A DNA stretch of 32,000 nt from Candidatus Odinarchaeota archaeon. Lineage in GTDB: Archaea; Asgardarchaeota; Odinarchaeia; Odinarchaeales; Odinarchaeaceae. This document shows positions 8,597 to 17,594 of the stretch, piece by piece; within the stretch, counting starts at the first letter, position 1; every line of letters begins with the position of its first letter. The position numbers were made by a program, and so were the translations under genes. The DNA lies in contig JAEOUO010000004.1 in the NCBI GenBank assembly GCA_016839265.1, positions 223 to 32,222 on the forward strand. The letters are read 5' to 3'. A model generated the notes under the pieces. That model did no database searches. It was not told where the DNA came from and was given only the letters and a program-made list of their open reading frames with translations.

Positions 8597-10117
8597 ATGG
8601 TTGAGTTAACGGTTAAACTAGTTGATGTAATATGTAACTATAATCAGGTTATATTAAACGATAAAGACGCTAAGAATATGAAGGTTACCAGTCGCGATCG
8701 CGTTCAAGTTAAATCAATTAATAAATCTTTCACAGCGGTTTTACTGACAACTAAAAGTCTTTTACGTGAGGGAGAGATCGGGTTAAACGAGACTCTTATG
8801 AGTAATCTTCAGGCTAAAGAAGGTGGAACGGTTGAAGTTACCCCAGCGAAAACACCTCTCTCCCTGTCATTTATTAAGAAAAAATTAAGCGGAGATTCTT
8901 TAAGCCATGCTGAAATGTCTCAGATCGTAGAGGATATTGTTTCTATGACTTTAACACCTGTTGAGATGGCCGCTTTCATATTAGCTCAACACTACCAGGA
9001 TCTGTCTATGGCTGAAGTTGAATATTTGACTAGAGCTATGGCGGAGACCGGTGTCACAATCGACTTCGAGGAGCCTGTCTACGATAAGCACTCCATTGGC
9101 GGTGTTCCGGGTAACAAAGTCTCTCTTCTAATTGTTCCTATAATCGCTTCTATGGGGCTTTTAATACCTAAAACGAGCAGTAGAGCTATAACCTCTCCTT
9201 CAGGAACCGCGGATACATTTGAAGTTTTAGCTCCCGTTAACTTTTCAGTTGAAGAGATTAAATCACTTGTTAAAAAAACACGTGGCTGCCTTGTATGGGG
9301 GGGAACCCTTAACATTGCACCTGCAGATGATATTTTAATCGAAACCGTGGAGTATCCTTTGAGCATAGATCCGACAAGTCAGATGTTAGCTTCAATAATG
9401 TCTAAGAAATTAGCTATAGGAGTGGATTCTCTTGTATTAGATGTCCCTGTAGGTTTTAACGCTAAAGTTAAAACTAAAGAGGAGGCGGTTACGCTTTCAA
9501 GAAAATTTGTTGAATTAGGTGAAAGATTAAAGATAAGGGTTGAAGTCGGTTTAACATACGGTGATCAACCTGTAGGTCACGCTGTCGGGCCGGCTTTAGA
9601 GGCGAAGGAGGCTCTTGAAGCTTTAATGGGTGTAGGTGCTTCCACCTCACTTGTAGAGAAATCTACAGCTTTAGCGGGTATATTATTAGAAATGGCTGGG
9701 CTTGCAAGCAGGGGAAGCGGCCAACAGCTCGCTTTAGAGTGTGTCAACAACGGTAAAGCTCTTAAAAAAATGATGGAGATTATTGAAAACCAGGGCGGGG
9801 ACCCTAATATTAAACTAGAAGATATTCCTTTAGGTGAGGAGTCTGAGAATATACTTGCTCCATTCTCCGGTTATATTGTCGAAGTGGATAATAAAGCTGT
9901 TAACGCAATCGCTAGAGCCGCAGGCGCTCCAGAACATAAAGGTGCAGGAGTATACTTATATAAGAAGAGAGGCGGCTATGTGAAGAAGGGGGATCCGATT
10001 CTGAAAATCTACGCCGAGAAATCTTCTAAGCTCAGTGAAGCTATATCTGTAGCGAATAAATCTAACCCTGTAACTATTGAGGGGATGCTTCTTAAACATG
10101 TATCAGCGTTATACTAG
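8597..10117 (+). CDS. deoA: AMP phosphorylase (archaeal NMP phosphorylase)
   Basis: Has the N-terminal extra beta domain of AMP phosphorylases, plus DKHSIGGVPGNK, KTSSRAITSPSGTAD, IMSKKLA and GAPEHKGAG. 506 aa. Confidence 0.95.
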   Translation: MVELTVKLVDVICNYNQVILNDKDAKNMKVTSRDRVQVKSINKSFTAVLLTTKSLLREGEIGLNETLMSNLQAKEGGTVEVTPAKTPLSLSFIKKKLSGDSLSHAEMSQIVEDIVSMTLTPVEMAAFILAQHYQDLSMAEVEYLTRAMAETGVTIDFEEPVYDKHSIGGVPGNKVSLLIVPIIASMGLLIPKTSSRAITSPSGTADTFEVLAPVNFSVEEIKSLVKKTRGCLVWGGTLNIAPADDILIETVEYPLSIDPTSQMLASIMSKKLAIGVDSLVLDVPVGFNAKVKTKEEAVTLSRKFVELGERLKIRVEVGLTYGDQPVGHAVGPALEAKEALEALMGVGASTSLVEKSTALAGILLEMAGLASRGSGQQLALECVNNGKALKKMMEIIENQGGDPNIKLEDIPLGEESENILAPFSGYIVEVDNKAVNAIARAAGAPEHKGAGVYLYKKRGGYVKKGDPILKIYAEKSSKLSEAISVANKSNPVTIEGMLLKHVSALY

Positions 10118-10143
10118 AACCTGTTAAACAAGAGTGGTTTAAT

Positions 10144-10515
10144 ATGATTGATTTATTAATCACTGTTTTAGCGATTATAACATCCGCGTTGATTTTAACA
10201 TGTTATTTTCTTATTAAAAAGAATCAGAAATTAACAAGAGAGATTAGAGAAATGGAAACCCAGCAGAAGAGTCTTTCAACAGTTTACGGTCGGATAAGCG
10301 AGCAATGGTTTCCTTTAATGAAAGAGTACCCTTATAACCCTCAAAACTTCCGTTTCATCGGTTCACCTGTAGACGGAATCCAGTTTGAAGAAGATAAAAT
10401 TATTTTCTGCGAATTTAAAGTACATAAATCACAGCTTAACGAGAATCAGAAAAGAATCCGGGATCTGGTTAAAAATAGGAAAGTTGACTGGGAGGAATTC
10501 CACTTCAATATATAA
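10144..10515 (+). CDS. Membrane-anchored PD-(D/E)XK endonuclease related to archaeal Holliday-junction resolvases (Endonuc_Holl/COG4741-like)
   Basis: N-terminal TM helix and a short coiled coil, then RFIGSPVDGIQF...IIFCEFK...SQLNENQKRIRDLV...V.W. Confidence 0.8.
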   Translation: MIDLLITVLAIITSALILTCYFLIKKNQKLTREIREMETQQKSLSTVYGRISEQWFPLMKEYPYNPQNFRFIGSPVDGIQFEEDKIIFCEFKVHKSQLNENQKRIRDLVKNRKVDWEEFHFNI

Positions 10516-10516
10516 T

Positions 10517-11716
10517 CTACTCGAATTCAACAGTCGCAGGCGGTTTCTGTGTTATATCATAGTAGACAGCTGCAATATTACCACTCTCAGCTGTTATCTC
10601 AGAAGCTAGTTCAGCTAAAACACTAGGCGGAATATCCGCTACAGACGCTGTCATAAAATCTCTGGTAGTGACCGCTCTAACCGCGATTAAATAATCTCCT
10701 GTTCTCTTACCTGATATTAAATATAATATTCTAGTGAATTCAGGGTTTTTAGCTACAAGATTGACGTGTAGTTTAACTAACTCTCTCACAGGTGGAATGT
10801 AAACATCCCTGTTTTTGAAAACTTCTAAAGCGGCTATATGACCATAAGCGCGGACATCTCCTTTAACACCCGTCGCCTTATTTCTGAGAATTTGAACGTT
10901 CACATTTAAACCGTTGACTTGGAGAGCCTCCTCTACTTCCAACCTCATTTTATCTATTTTATCACGCATAACCTCATTTATATTAGAATTATCAAGAATC
11001 GCAGCGAAATACTGTTGTGTATTAAACTGGGAGAGTTTCCCTTCAGTTAACTGTGTGGCTTTCTTTAAAATTCTTATTTTCTCCTCGTTAAATCTACCTA
11101 CTAATCTAACCAGCAACCCGGGGCCTGGGAAAGGCTGCCGCTCAGATAAAACTTGAGGGATTTGAAGATACCTAGCTACTCTCCTAACCTGATCCTTATA
11201 GAGATACATTAAAGGTTCAATAACCTGGAAACCGTATTTTTCAACAGGGTTTATGCCAATTTGTGTTAAAATATTATGCTGGCTTTTAATACCGCCACGG
11301 GTTTCAATCCAATCAGGGGCGATTGTACCTTGAATTAAAAACCTGCAATTCTCTTCTTTAGCTATAGCCCCTAGTATCTTATAAAATGTTTCCCTGAATG
11401 CTTTTCTCTTCTCCTCCGCATCCTCTAAACCTTTAAGCGCGTTATAAAACTGCTCCGCGCCCTCATAAATTCTCATAGGAAGATTTAAAGGTGGCTTAGA
11501 TAAAAGCGCTGCAACCCACTGCGGTTCACCTATTCTCATGAAACCTGTATCTATTATTACACAGATTAAATTATCACCTAAAGCTTTATGAGCTAACACT
11601 CCGCAGGTGGTGCTGTCAACACCGCCTGAAACAGCGATTAACGCTTTCTCACCAGCTAAAACTCTTCTAAGCTCTTCAATCTGTGTTTTAACAAATTTTT
11701 CCTCGTTGAATACCAT
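10517..11716 (-). CDS. guaAB: GMP synthase ATP-pyrophosphatase subunit B
   Basis: PP-loop SGGVDS, plus IKSQHN, EPLMYLYKDQVR, RQPFPGPGL, RDFMTA and C-terminal YDITQKPPATVEFE. Confidence 0.95.
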   Translation of the reverse strand: MVFNEEKFVKTQIEELRRVLAGEKALIAVSGGVDSTTCGVLAHKALGDNLICVIIDTGFMRIGEPQWVAALLSKPPLNLPMRIYEGAEQFYNALKGLEDAEEKRKAFRETFYKILGAIAKEENCRFLIQGTIAPDWIETRGGIKSQHNILTQIGINPVEKYGFQVIEPLMYLYKDQVRRVARYLQIPQVLSERQPFPGPGLLVRLVGRFNEEKIRILKKATQLTEGKLSQFNTQQYFAAILDNSNINEVMRDKIDKMRLEVEEALQVNGLNVNVQILRNKATGVKGDVRAYGHIAALEVFKNRDVYIPPVRELVKLHVNLVAKNPEFTRILYLISGKRTGDYLIAVRAVTTRDFMTASVADIPPSVLAELASEITAESGNIAAVYYDITQKPPATVEFE

Positions 11717-11831
11717 TAAATATCACGCTACCGGTTGAACTCTTACTTAAATCTAAGTTAAATATTAATATAACACCCACCTAAAATAAAATATCCAACT
11801 ATATATAATATTAACTAGCCGGGTGGAATAG

Positions 11832-13082
11832 TTGAAATTAATGGTTTACGAGCATGCTTCAGGCGGAGGCTACTGTGATAGAAAGCTAACACCATCCCTT
11901 TTCAGTGAAGGATATGCGATGCTTAACGCGTCTGTTCAGGATTTTCAACGGATTGAAAGCAAAGTTTACACTACACTTGACTATCGAATCGCGAATTTCA
12001 CTCCGCCTTTAAACGTTGAGGTGGTTACAATTCTACGGCCACCCCAGAAAATATTAAATGTATTCGATAAAGTCTGTAAGGAAATAGATCAAATAATGAT
12101 TATCGCACCGGAGAACGCTGACACGCTTTATAATCTAACTAAAATAGCTGAGAGAAACCAGCTTATCGTTTTAGGCTCCACTTCTGAAGCTGTGAAGGTT
12201 TTATCTAATAAATGGAATGTTAAAAAAATAGCTGAAAACCTCGGCTTAAATGTTCCCCACCTTGAAAAAATATCTTTCAACGCTTCTCTTAAAGAAGTTA
12301 AAGAAATATTAGATAACATCGGTTACCCTGCTGTTTTAAGAAATCTTGACTCAGTCGGCGGTGAAGGTATAATCTCAGTCACTTCGAAAAGTGATTTAAA
12401 CACGGCGATTACAACACTTAAATCAACTACAACCCACCATGAGTTTATAGCGCATAAATATATTAAAGGGATTCCAGCTAGTGTCAGCCTTTTATCTAAC
12501 GGAGTGACTGCGATTCCTATAAGCTTAAACGCTCAAGCTGTTAACTTCGATCAGCAGACCGGTTTATTAGATTATCTCGGCGGCTACACTCCGCTTAAAT
12601 ATAAAGTATCTGTGCAAGTTAAGAAAACAGCTTTAAAATTAGTTGAGTACATGTCTGGTGTAAGAGGATACATTGGAGTCGACTTTGTAATAGATGAATC
12701 AGATCAACCGTTCATTCTTGAAGTTAACCCGCGTTTAACCACAAGCTACATAGCTATTCGACGTGTAACGGATATCAACTTAATGGAGGCTATACGTAAA
12801 GCTGTCGTGGATGGTTCACTGCCTGAAAAAATAAATTTGGAAGGTTCAGCTTTCTTCTCTAAAGTTAGAATTAAAGTAACCGGCGGGTTAACAGTAACTA
12901 AAATGCATCAACTAGCTCAAATCAGCGGAGTTATCACCCCCCCCTTCCCAACAGGTTTAAACTACTCTGAAGCTATGATCGTAGCTGAAGGAGGTACTTT
13001 AAGAGAAGCTCAGAATGCTTTCCAATATATGAAAAAAAACTTAGAGTCACTGGGTGAAGTAGCATCTGAGGGTATTACATGA
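11832..13082 (+). CDS. mfnD: ATP-grasp ligase, tyramine--L-glutamate ligase (methanofuran biosynthesis) type
   Basis: Motifs MVYEHASGGG, SEGYAML, IIAPE, GIPASVS, GYIGVDFV and LEVNPRLTTSY. Translationally coupled (ATGA overlap) to mfnF. Confidence 0.8.
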   Translation: MKLMVYEHASGGGYCDRKLTPSLFSEGYAMLNASVQDFQRIESKVYTTLDYRIANFTPPLNVEVVTILRPPQKILNVFDKVCKEIDQIMIIAPENADTLYNLTKIAERNQLIVLGSTSEAVKVLSNKWNVKKIAENLGLNVPHLEKISFNASLKEVKEILDNIGYPAVLRNLDSVGGEGIISVTSKSDLNTAITTLKSTTTHHEFIAHKYIKGIPASVSLLSNGVTAIPISLNAQAVNFDQQTGLLDYLGGYTPLKYKVSVQVKKTALKLVEYMSGVRGYIGVDFVIDESDQPFILEVNPRLTTSYIAIRRVTDINLMEAIRKAVVDGSLPEKINLEGSAFFSKVRIKVTGGLTVTKMHQLAQISGVITPPFPTGLNYSEAMIVAEGGTLREAQNAFQYMKKNLESLGEVASEGIT

Positions 13083-14125
13083 CTGTTATCGCTGGCGTTG
13101 ACGTGGGTGGAGCTAACACTAAAATCTCTATCATAAACTCTGATTATAAAACGCAAAGCGTAAGCTTTTATTTCCCTTTCTGGAAACGTAAGCTCACTGA
13201 TTATCCTAAGATTTTCTTAAGTTATTTAAAAAAACTGTCACCTATAAATAGAATAGGTTTTTTCACTATTACGATGACCGCTGAACTCTGCGATATATTT
13301 AAAACTAAACGTGAAGGGGTTTTAAAAATAATAGAGCTGTTCTCATCTATTCTACCGGTTGACAAACTCTTCTTCTACACTGTTGACGGTAACTATGTTA
13401 ACGTTTCTAAAGCTGTGCAGAACCCTGTAAAATTAGCCGCCTCTAACTGGGTGGCTACAGGCGCCTTCTTTTCAGAGCTTCTCCCAGACAGTCTTATCAT
13501 AGATATGGGCAGTACGACAACTGATTTAATAATAGTGAAAGATAGAGTAGTATACAGTAAAGGTTCTACTGATTTGAAAAGGCTTTTAAACGGTGAACTC
13601 TACTATACTGGGCTTCTTCGAACACCTTTATGCGCTTTAACCAATCGACTCTCCTTCAATAATAAGGAATACAGTTTAGCCGCTGAATTATTCGCGATCA
13701 CAGCTGATGTTCATTTAATTTTAGGCAACATCAATCAAAACCAGTATACATGTGACACACCGGATAACGGTGAAAAAACAATTGAAGCCTCCTATCGGAG
13801 GCTCAGCCGCATGTTATGTTCAGATGTAGAGGAACTTTCAAAACAGGATTTATTTAAAATCGCGAAGGTTTTTGAAAGAATTCAGTTTAACACGGTTAAG
13901 AGAGGCGTAAATAAATTATTAAACACTCATCTTCAGCTTCAAAATAAACCTGTTATCTTGACAGGGATCGGCCGCAAATGGCTTTATAAAATGTTTAAAG
14001 CCAGCCGGTTAAATTTAAGCTTTAAACTATCAGATGAGTTAATTAAAAAAGATGTCAGCGACTTAACACCCGCTTACGCTATCGCATACCTGTTTAATAA
14101 AAAACTGAGGGATATTGTTGAGTGA
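13079..14125 (+). CDS. mfnF: Hydantoinase/oxoprolinase-family H4MPT-linked C1 protein, MfnF type
   Basis: Motifs GVDVGGANTK, TMTAELCDIF, ASNW, IDMGSTTTD, GELYYTGLLRTP and AELFAITADVH. Confidence 0.85.
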   Translation: MTVIAGVDVGGANTKISIINSDYKTQSVSFYFPFWKRKLTDYPKIFLSYLKKLSPINRIGFFTITMTAELCDIFKTKREGVLKIIELFSSILPVDKLFFYTVDGNYVNVSKAVQNPVKLAASNWVATGAFFSELLPDSLIIDMGSTTTDLIIVKDRVVYSKGSTDLKRLLNGELYYTGLLRTPLCALTNRLSFNNKEYSLAAELFAITADVHLILGNINQNQYTCDTPDNGEKTIEASYRRLSRMLCSDVEELSKQDLFKIAKVFERIQFNTVKRGVNKLLNTHLQLQNKPVILTGIGRKWLYKMFKASRLNLSFKLSDELIKKDVSDLTPAYAIAYLFNKKLRDIVE

Positions 14126-14792
14126 GTTAGACGCGGTTATTAAAATCGGCGGCGAGCTTATATTAGATGAGGAAACATGCCGCTCACTGTTAAAAGAGCT
14201 TTATAAAAATATTCTTACAGGTAGAAGACTGCTAGTTATCAGCGGTGGCGGTGTGTTAAGCGATCATATACGTGAACTTTATCGTAAACGTGTTATATCA
14301 GATGAAGCTGCTCACTGGATGGCTGTTCTCTCCATGGATCAATCAGCTCACATACTAGCTGAAAAAGATTTAAATATTAAACTCGTCCGCAATCCTATTG
14401 AAGCTGAACAAGCAGCTGAGTCAAGGCATCTCCCGGTTATGTTAGTTTATAATTATCTTAGATTAAACGATAACCTGCCTCATAATTGGAGTGTAACCTC
14501 AGATTCTATTGCAGCCTATATTGCTTTCAAAACTAAGACTCGATTTCTAATACTGGTTAAAAACGTTGACGGGCTCTACCCGACCCCTGAAATCAGGGAG
14601 GATAATCTTATACCTGCTATTAAAGCATCCTTTCTTAACCCGGATAAACATAAAATAGTAGACAGTTATCTACGTGAAATCCTCTGTTTAAAACCGGATT
14701 ATAAATGCTGGCTTATCAATGCTTACCACCCTGAGCGGTTAACAGAATTACTGAAAACCGGTGTAACCTTTGGAACTGAGATAATTATTTAA
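14115..14792 (+). CDS. mfnE: Amino-acid-kinase-family protein, 5-(aminomethyl)-3-furanmethanol phosphate kinase type
   Basis: Motifs VIKIGG, GGG..SD..R, AHWMAVLSMDQ, LPHNWSVTSDSIA and K.VDG. Overlaps mfnF. Confidence 0.85.
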   Translation: MLSELDAVIKIGGELILDEETCRSLLKELYKNILTGRRLLVISGGGVLSDHIRELYRKRVISDEAAHWMAVLSMDQSAHILAEKDLNIKLVRNPIEAEQAAESRHLPVMLVYNYLRLNDNLPHNWSVTSDSIAAYIAFKTKTRFLILVKNVDGLYPTPEIREDNLIPAIKASFLNPDKHKIVDSYLREILCLKPDYKCWLINAYHPERLTELLKTGVTFGTEIII

Positions 14793-14832
14793 TATAGTTT
14801 AAATATTTAATTATATCACGCGGTGAGTAAAT

Positions 14833-15342
14833 TTGAATAGACCTAGTAAGGATGAATACTATTTGAATATCGCTAAAGCTGTCTCAGCCCGCTCCACATG
14901 TCTTAGAAGAAAATTCGGAGCTGTAATAGTTAAAGATGATGTTATTGTAAGCACCGGATATAATGGTCCGGCTAGAGGAGTGGTTAACTGTCAGGAAGTC
15001 GGCTGTCTTAAAAACCAGCTTAACATACCCGCCTATACAGGTTACGATTATTGTATAGCAGTGCACGCGGAGGAGAACTCTATTATAAACGCAGCGCGTC
15101 ACGGCGCTGAAGTGAAAGGCGCTACATTATATTTATACGGGGAGACTGTTGAGGATAGTAAAATCACAGAGGCTGATCCGTGTAAAAGATGCAGGCGAGC
15201 TATAATCAATGCGGGTATTATTCGGGTGGTGACTAGGAAAAGCGAAACTGAAATAAAAGAGTTTAATGTTTCAGACTGGGTTAAAGAGGATACAGAATAC
15301 TATTTAAACGAGTTTAAAAAAGCACTGAAAAAGAATTGTTAA
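14833..15342 (+). CDS. dCMP deaminase (ComEB/DCTD family)
   Basis: Motifs RSTCLRRKFGAVIV, STGYNG, HAEEN and PCKRC (Zn ligands). Confidence 0.9.
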   Translation: MNRPSKDEYYLNIAKAVSARSTCLRRKFGAVIVKDDVIVSTGYNGPARGVVNCQEVGCLKNQLNIPAYTGYDYCIAVHAEENSIINAARHGAEVKGATLYLYGETVEDSKITEADPCKRCRRAIINAGIIRVVTRKSETEIKEFNVSDWVKEDTEYYLNEFKKALKKNC

Positions 15343-16061
15343 TCTAGCATTCTCTTCAAAACTCTTATTCTATCCGCGCTCACCTTACCGTTAACTCTAT
15401 CACCGTTCTCACAGACCAAGCTGCGTACACCTAGAATATCGCAGCCTATTTTTTTAACAGTACGCAGATGCGCTAATCTCACTCCACCTGCAAGCGCTGT
15501 TTGAAAACCTTTACTTTTACACTTCTCAGTGAATTCTTCAAGCTCTTCAACACTCATAAAGTCGAAGGTGCTTTTCCCATTTTTAATAAAAGTATCTATC
15601 ATCAATACGCTTACATCTAAGTCTTCAACTAAATCCGGTAAACGCATCGGATTCACGGATCCTATTCTACTCCAATCAGAGTAACCGGCTGTAACTATTC
15701 TACCAGGAAACCCGAATTCTTTTTTAACTTTACACAACATTTTAAGAAACTCTCTAATCGCCTGCTCTGAAACAGGTTTATATAAGCCGATTTTCGCGTA
15801 ATCCACACCAAGACTTAAAACACCTAGCAACGCCTGAGTGATTAATCCAGGTTTATCTAAACTATCACACACAGCCGCGCTGACCTCCATACTAGGAGGC
15901 GTTAGCTTCTTCACTTCTCTAATAATCCATGGATATTGACCGCCTAAAGAACCCTCCAACGGGTTTTTAACATCTATAATATCAACACCGCTTTCAATAA
16001 CTGTTTCAGCTTCTTCAACGTTTTTAGGGCTTACTAAAAGCTTCGTGAAGCACCCCTCCAT
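15339..16061 (-). CDS. mfnB: (5-formylfuran-3-yl)methyl phosphate synthase (4-HFC-P synthase, DUF556)
   Basis: Motifs KLLVSP..VEEA, DIIDVKNPLEGSLG, YAKIGL, MIDTFIKNGKS, ALAGG and DILGVRS. Confidence 0.92.
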   Translation of the reverse strand: MEGCFTKLLVSPKNVEEAETVIESGVDIIDVKNPLEGSLGGQYPWIIREVKKLTPPSMEVSAAVCDSLDKPGLITQALLGVLSLGVDYAKIGLYKPVSEQAIREFLKMLCKVKKEFGFPGRIVTAGYSDWSRIGSVNPMRLPDLVEDLDVSVLMIDTFIKNGKSTFDFMSVEELEEFTEKCKSKGFQTALAGGVRLAHLRTVKKIGCDILGVRSLVCENGDRVNGKVSADRIRVLKRMLD

Positions 16062-16087
16062 ATCCGTTAAAACCTGAAACTAAAATC

Positions 16088-17026
16088 CTATGATAGAAGA
16101 GTTTTATTTATCTCCTCTTTTAACTGTGCATCTAACCTCTCATCCAACGGTTTACTTCTAAGCTCTCTTATAAAACCTAGTATATAGTTTATCCTCTCAT
16201 CGAATTTATTCGTGTTCTTCAAATTATATAATAAATCTAAAAGCGCATCATACACACGCTCGTTTACAGCCCCCCCTTCTAAGGTTTCTCTAAGCTTTTC
16301 TAAAGCGTCTTCAACACATGTTACACGTTTCACACCGATATTCTCCAAGTCTTTTCTAATATTATTTTCAATAAGCTTTAAACCGTAAATGAAACTCTCC
16401 TCAGATGATTCGATTACAGCTCTAAGATCTATAACAGTGCTAACTATTTTTTTAACAGCATTCTTTAAGTCACCGGTCTCAGACTCTCCTATAACGCTTT
16501 GTTTTTCTAGAATACTTGTTAAACCCTCCTCTATTTTATTCAATTTCTCTAGAACATTATTTAATTCAGTACCGGTTTCACCGCCAGGTTTAATAGTTGA
16601 AAGCTTCTCGTTAACAGAATCTAATCCCTCTTGAACTGTTTGAGTTAACTGTTCAATATTAGCTTGAAGATTTTCAAGCCGGTTAACAACTTCATTAAAT
16701 GTAACACGACTCTCCCCTGTCTCTGAAACATCTCCCTTCACCTCGCTTAATAACTGTTTTAACTCTTCAAAACCTGCTTTAATATTCTGCTCTAGATTAC
16801 TTGCTTGAAGCTTACCCACCTCTTCTGTTAAAGCTGTGATAACACTTGTTAACCCTTCAACATCCACTCCAGCTCCAGCCGCCGGTGTAAGACCCCCAGA
16901 CTTAAGCTTCTCTATAAGCTCGTCAACCGAAACCTTCAAGCTGCCAACCTGTCTTATAATATAACGGCGACCCTCAACCATCTCCTCCATCTTCTTATTT
17001 ATCTCTTCTAAAACGTTTTGACTCAA
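16088..17026 (-). CDS. Hypothetical all-helical coiled-coil protein with repeated Gly/Glu/Thr linkers
   Basis: Heptad-rich ORF with host-like codon usage. I place the start at TTG 17026, behind a GAGGGGT SD; the ORF track starts at 17044. Confidence 0.75.
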   Translation of the reverse strand: MSQNVLEEINKKMEEMVEGRRYIIRQVGSLKVSVDELIEKLKSGGLTPAAGAGVDVEGLTSVITALTEEVGKLQASNLEQNIKAGFEELKQLLSEVKGDVSETGESRVTFNEVVNRLENLQANIEQLTQTVQEGLDSVNEKLSTIKPGGETGTELNNVLEKLNKIEEGLTSILEKQSVIGESETGDLKNAVKKIVSTVIDLRAVIESSEESFIYGLKLIENNIRKDLENIGVKRVTCVEDALEKLRETLEGGAVNERVYDALLDLLYNLKNTNKFDERINYILGFIRELRSKPLDERLDAQLKEEINKTLLS

Positions 17027-17132
17027 CTCAGCTACCCCTCGCAAATTACTTATCTATAAATTAATGTTTTAGCTTAATTAATATTACCTTTAATTTAAAT
17101 AATACTTTAACTTTAAACTCCGAGGGTTTTCA

Positions 17133-17594
17133 TTGATTATCAGGCGAGCTGATAAATCTGATTTAAATAAAGTATACTTGATAGAGAAGGATAGCTTCCA
17201 GGAGCCTTGGAGTAGAAGATTCTTCGAGTATTTTATAGATTCAGATAACACGGTTTTCCTAATCGCTGTAGAGGAGGATGTCCTCGGATACATCATCTGG
17301 CAGCTTGAATCAACTAGTAAACTTAAAAATTTTGAAGACTTGAACACCGGGCATCTGCTGAATTTAGCTGTAGGAAGAGAACACCGGAGGAGGAAAGTCG
17401 CCTCCAGCTTACTTGAAAGATTATTCATGGAAATCGATAAATATAAACCGGTGGCTACTTATCTTGAAGTCGCCTGCTCTAATCAAACTGCTGTGAATCT
17501 ATACCTTAAATTTAATTTTCAAATTTTATCTTTAATACCGAAATATTATAGATTAGGCGGTGACGCTTACCTTATGGTTAAAGTCTTGTTTTAA
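17133..17594 (+). CDS. rimI: RimI/Ard1-type protein N-acetyltransferase (GNAT)
   Basis: Motifs IEKDSFQEPWS, HLLNLAV...HRRRKVAS.LL, YLEV..SN..A..LY.K.NF and IPKYY..GGDAYLM. Confidence 0.9.
   Translation: MIIRRADKSDLNKVYLIEKDSFQEPWSRRFFEYFIDSDNTVFLIAVEEDVLGYIIWQLESTSKLKNFEDLNTGHLLNLAVGREHRRRKVASSLLERLFMEIDKYKPVATYLEVACSNQTAVNLYLKFNFQILSLIPKYYRLGGDAYLMVKVLF

Noticed and set aside
16044-16061. mfnB: a strong SD-like GGAGGGGT lies inside the first codons, 5 nt before an in-frame ACG that would give the family-typical MKLLVSP start
   Set aside because: An in-frame ATG 15 nt upstream explains translation without invoking ACG initiation. It cannot be decided without N-terminal proteomics.
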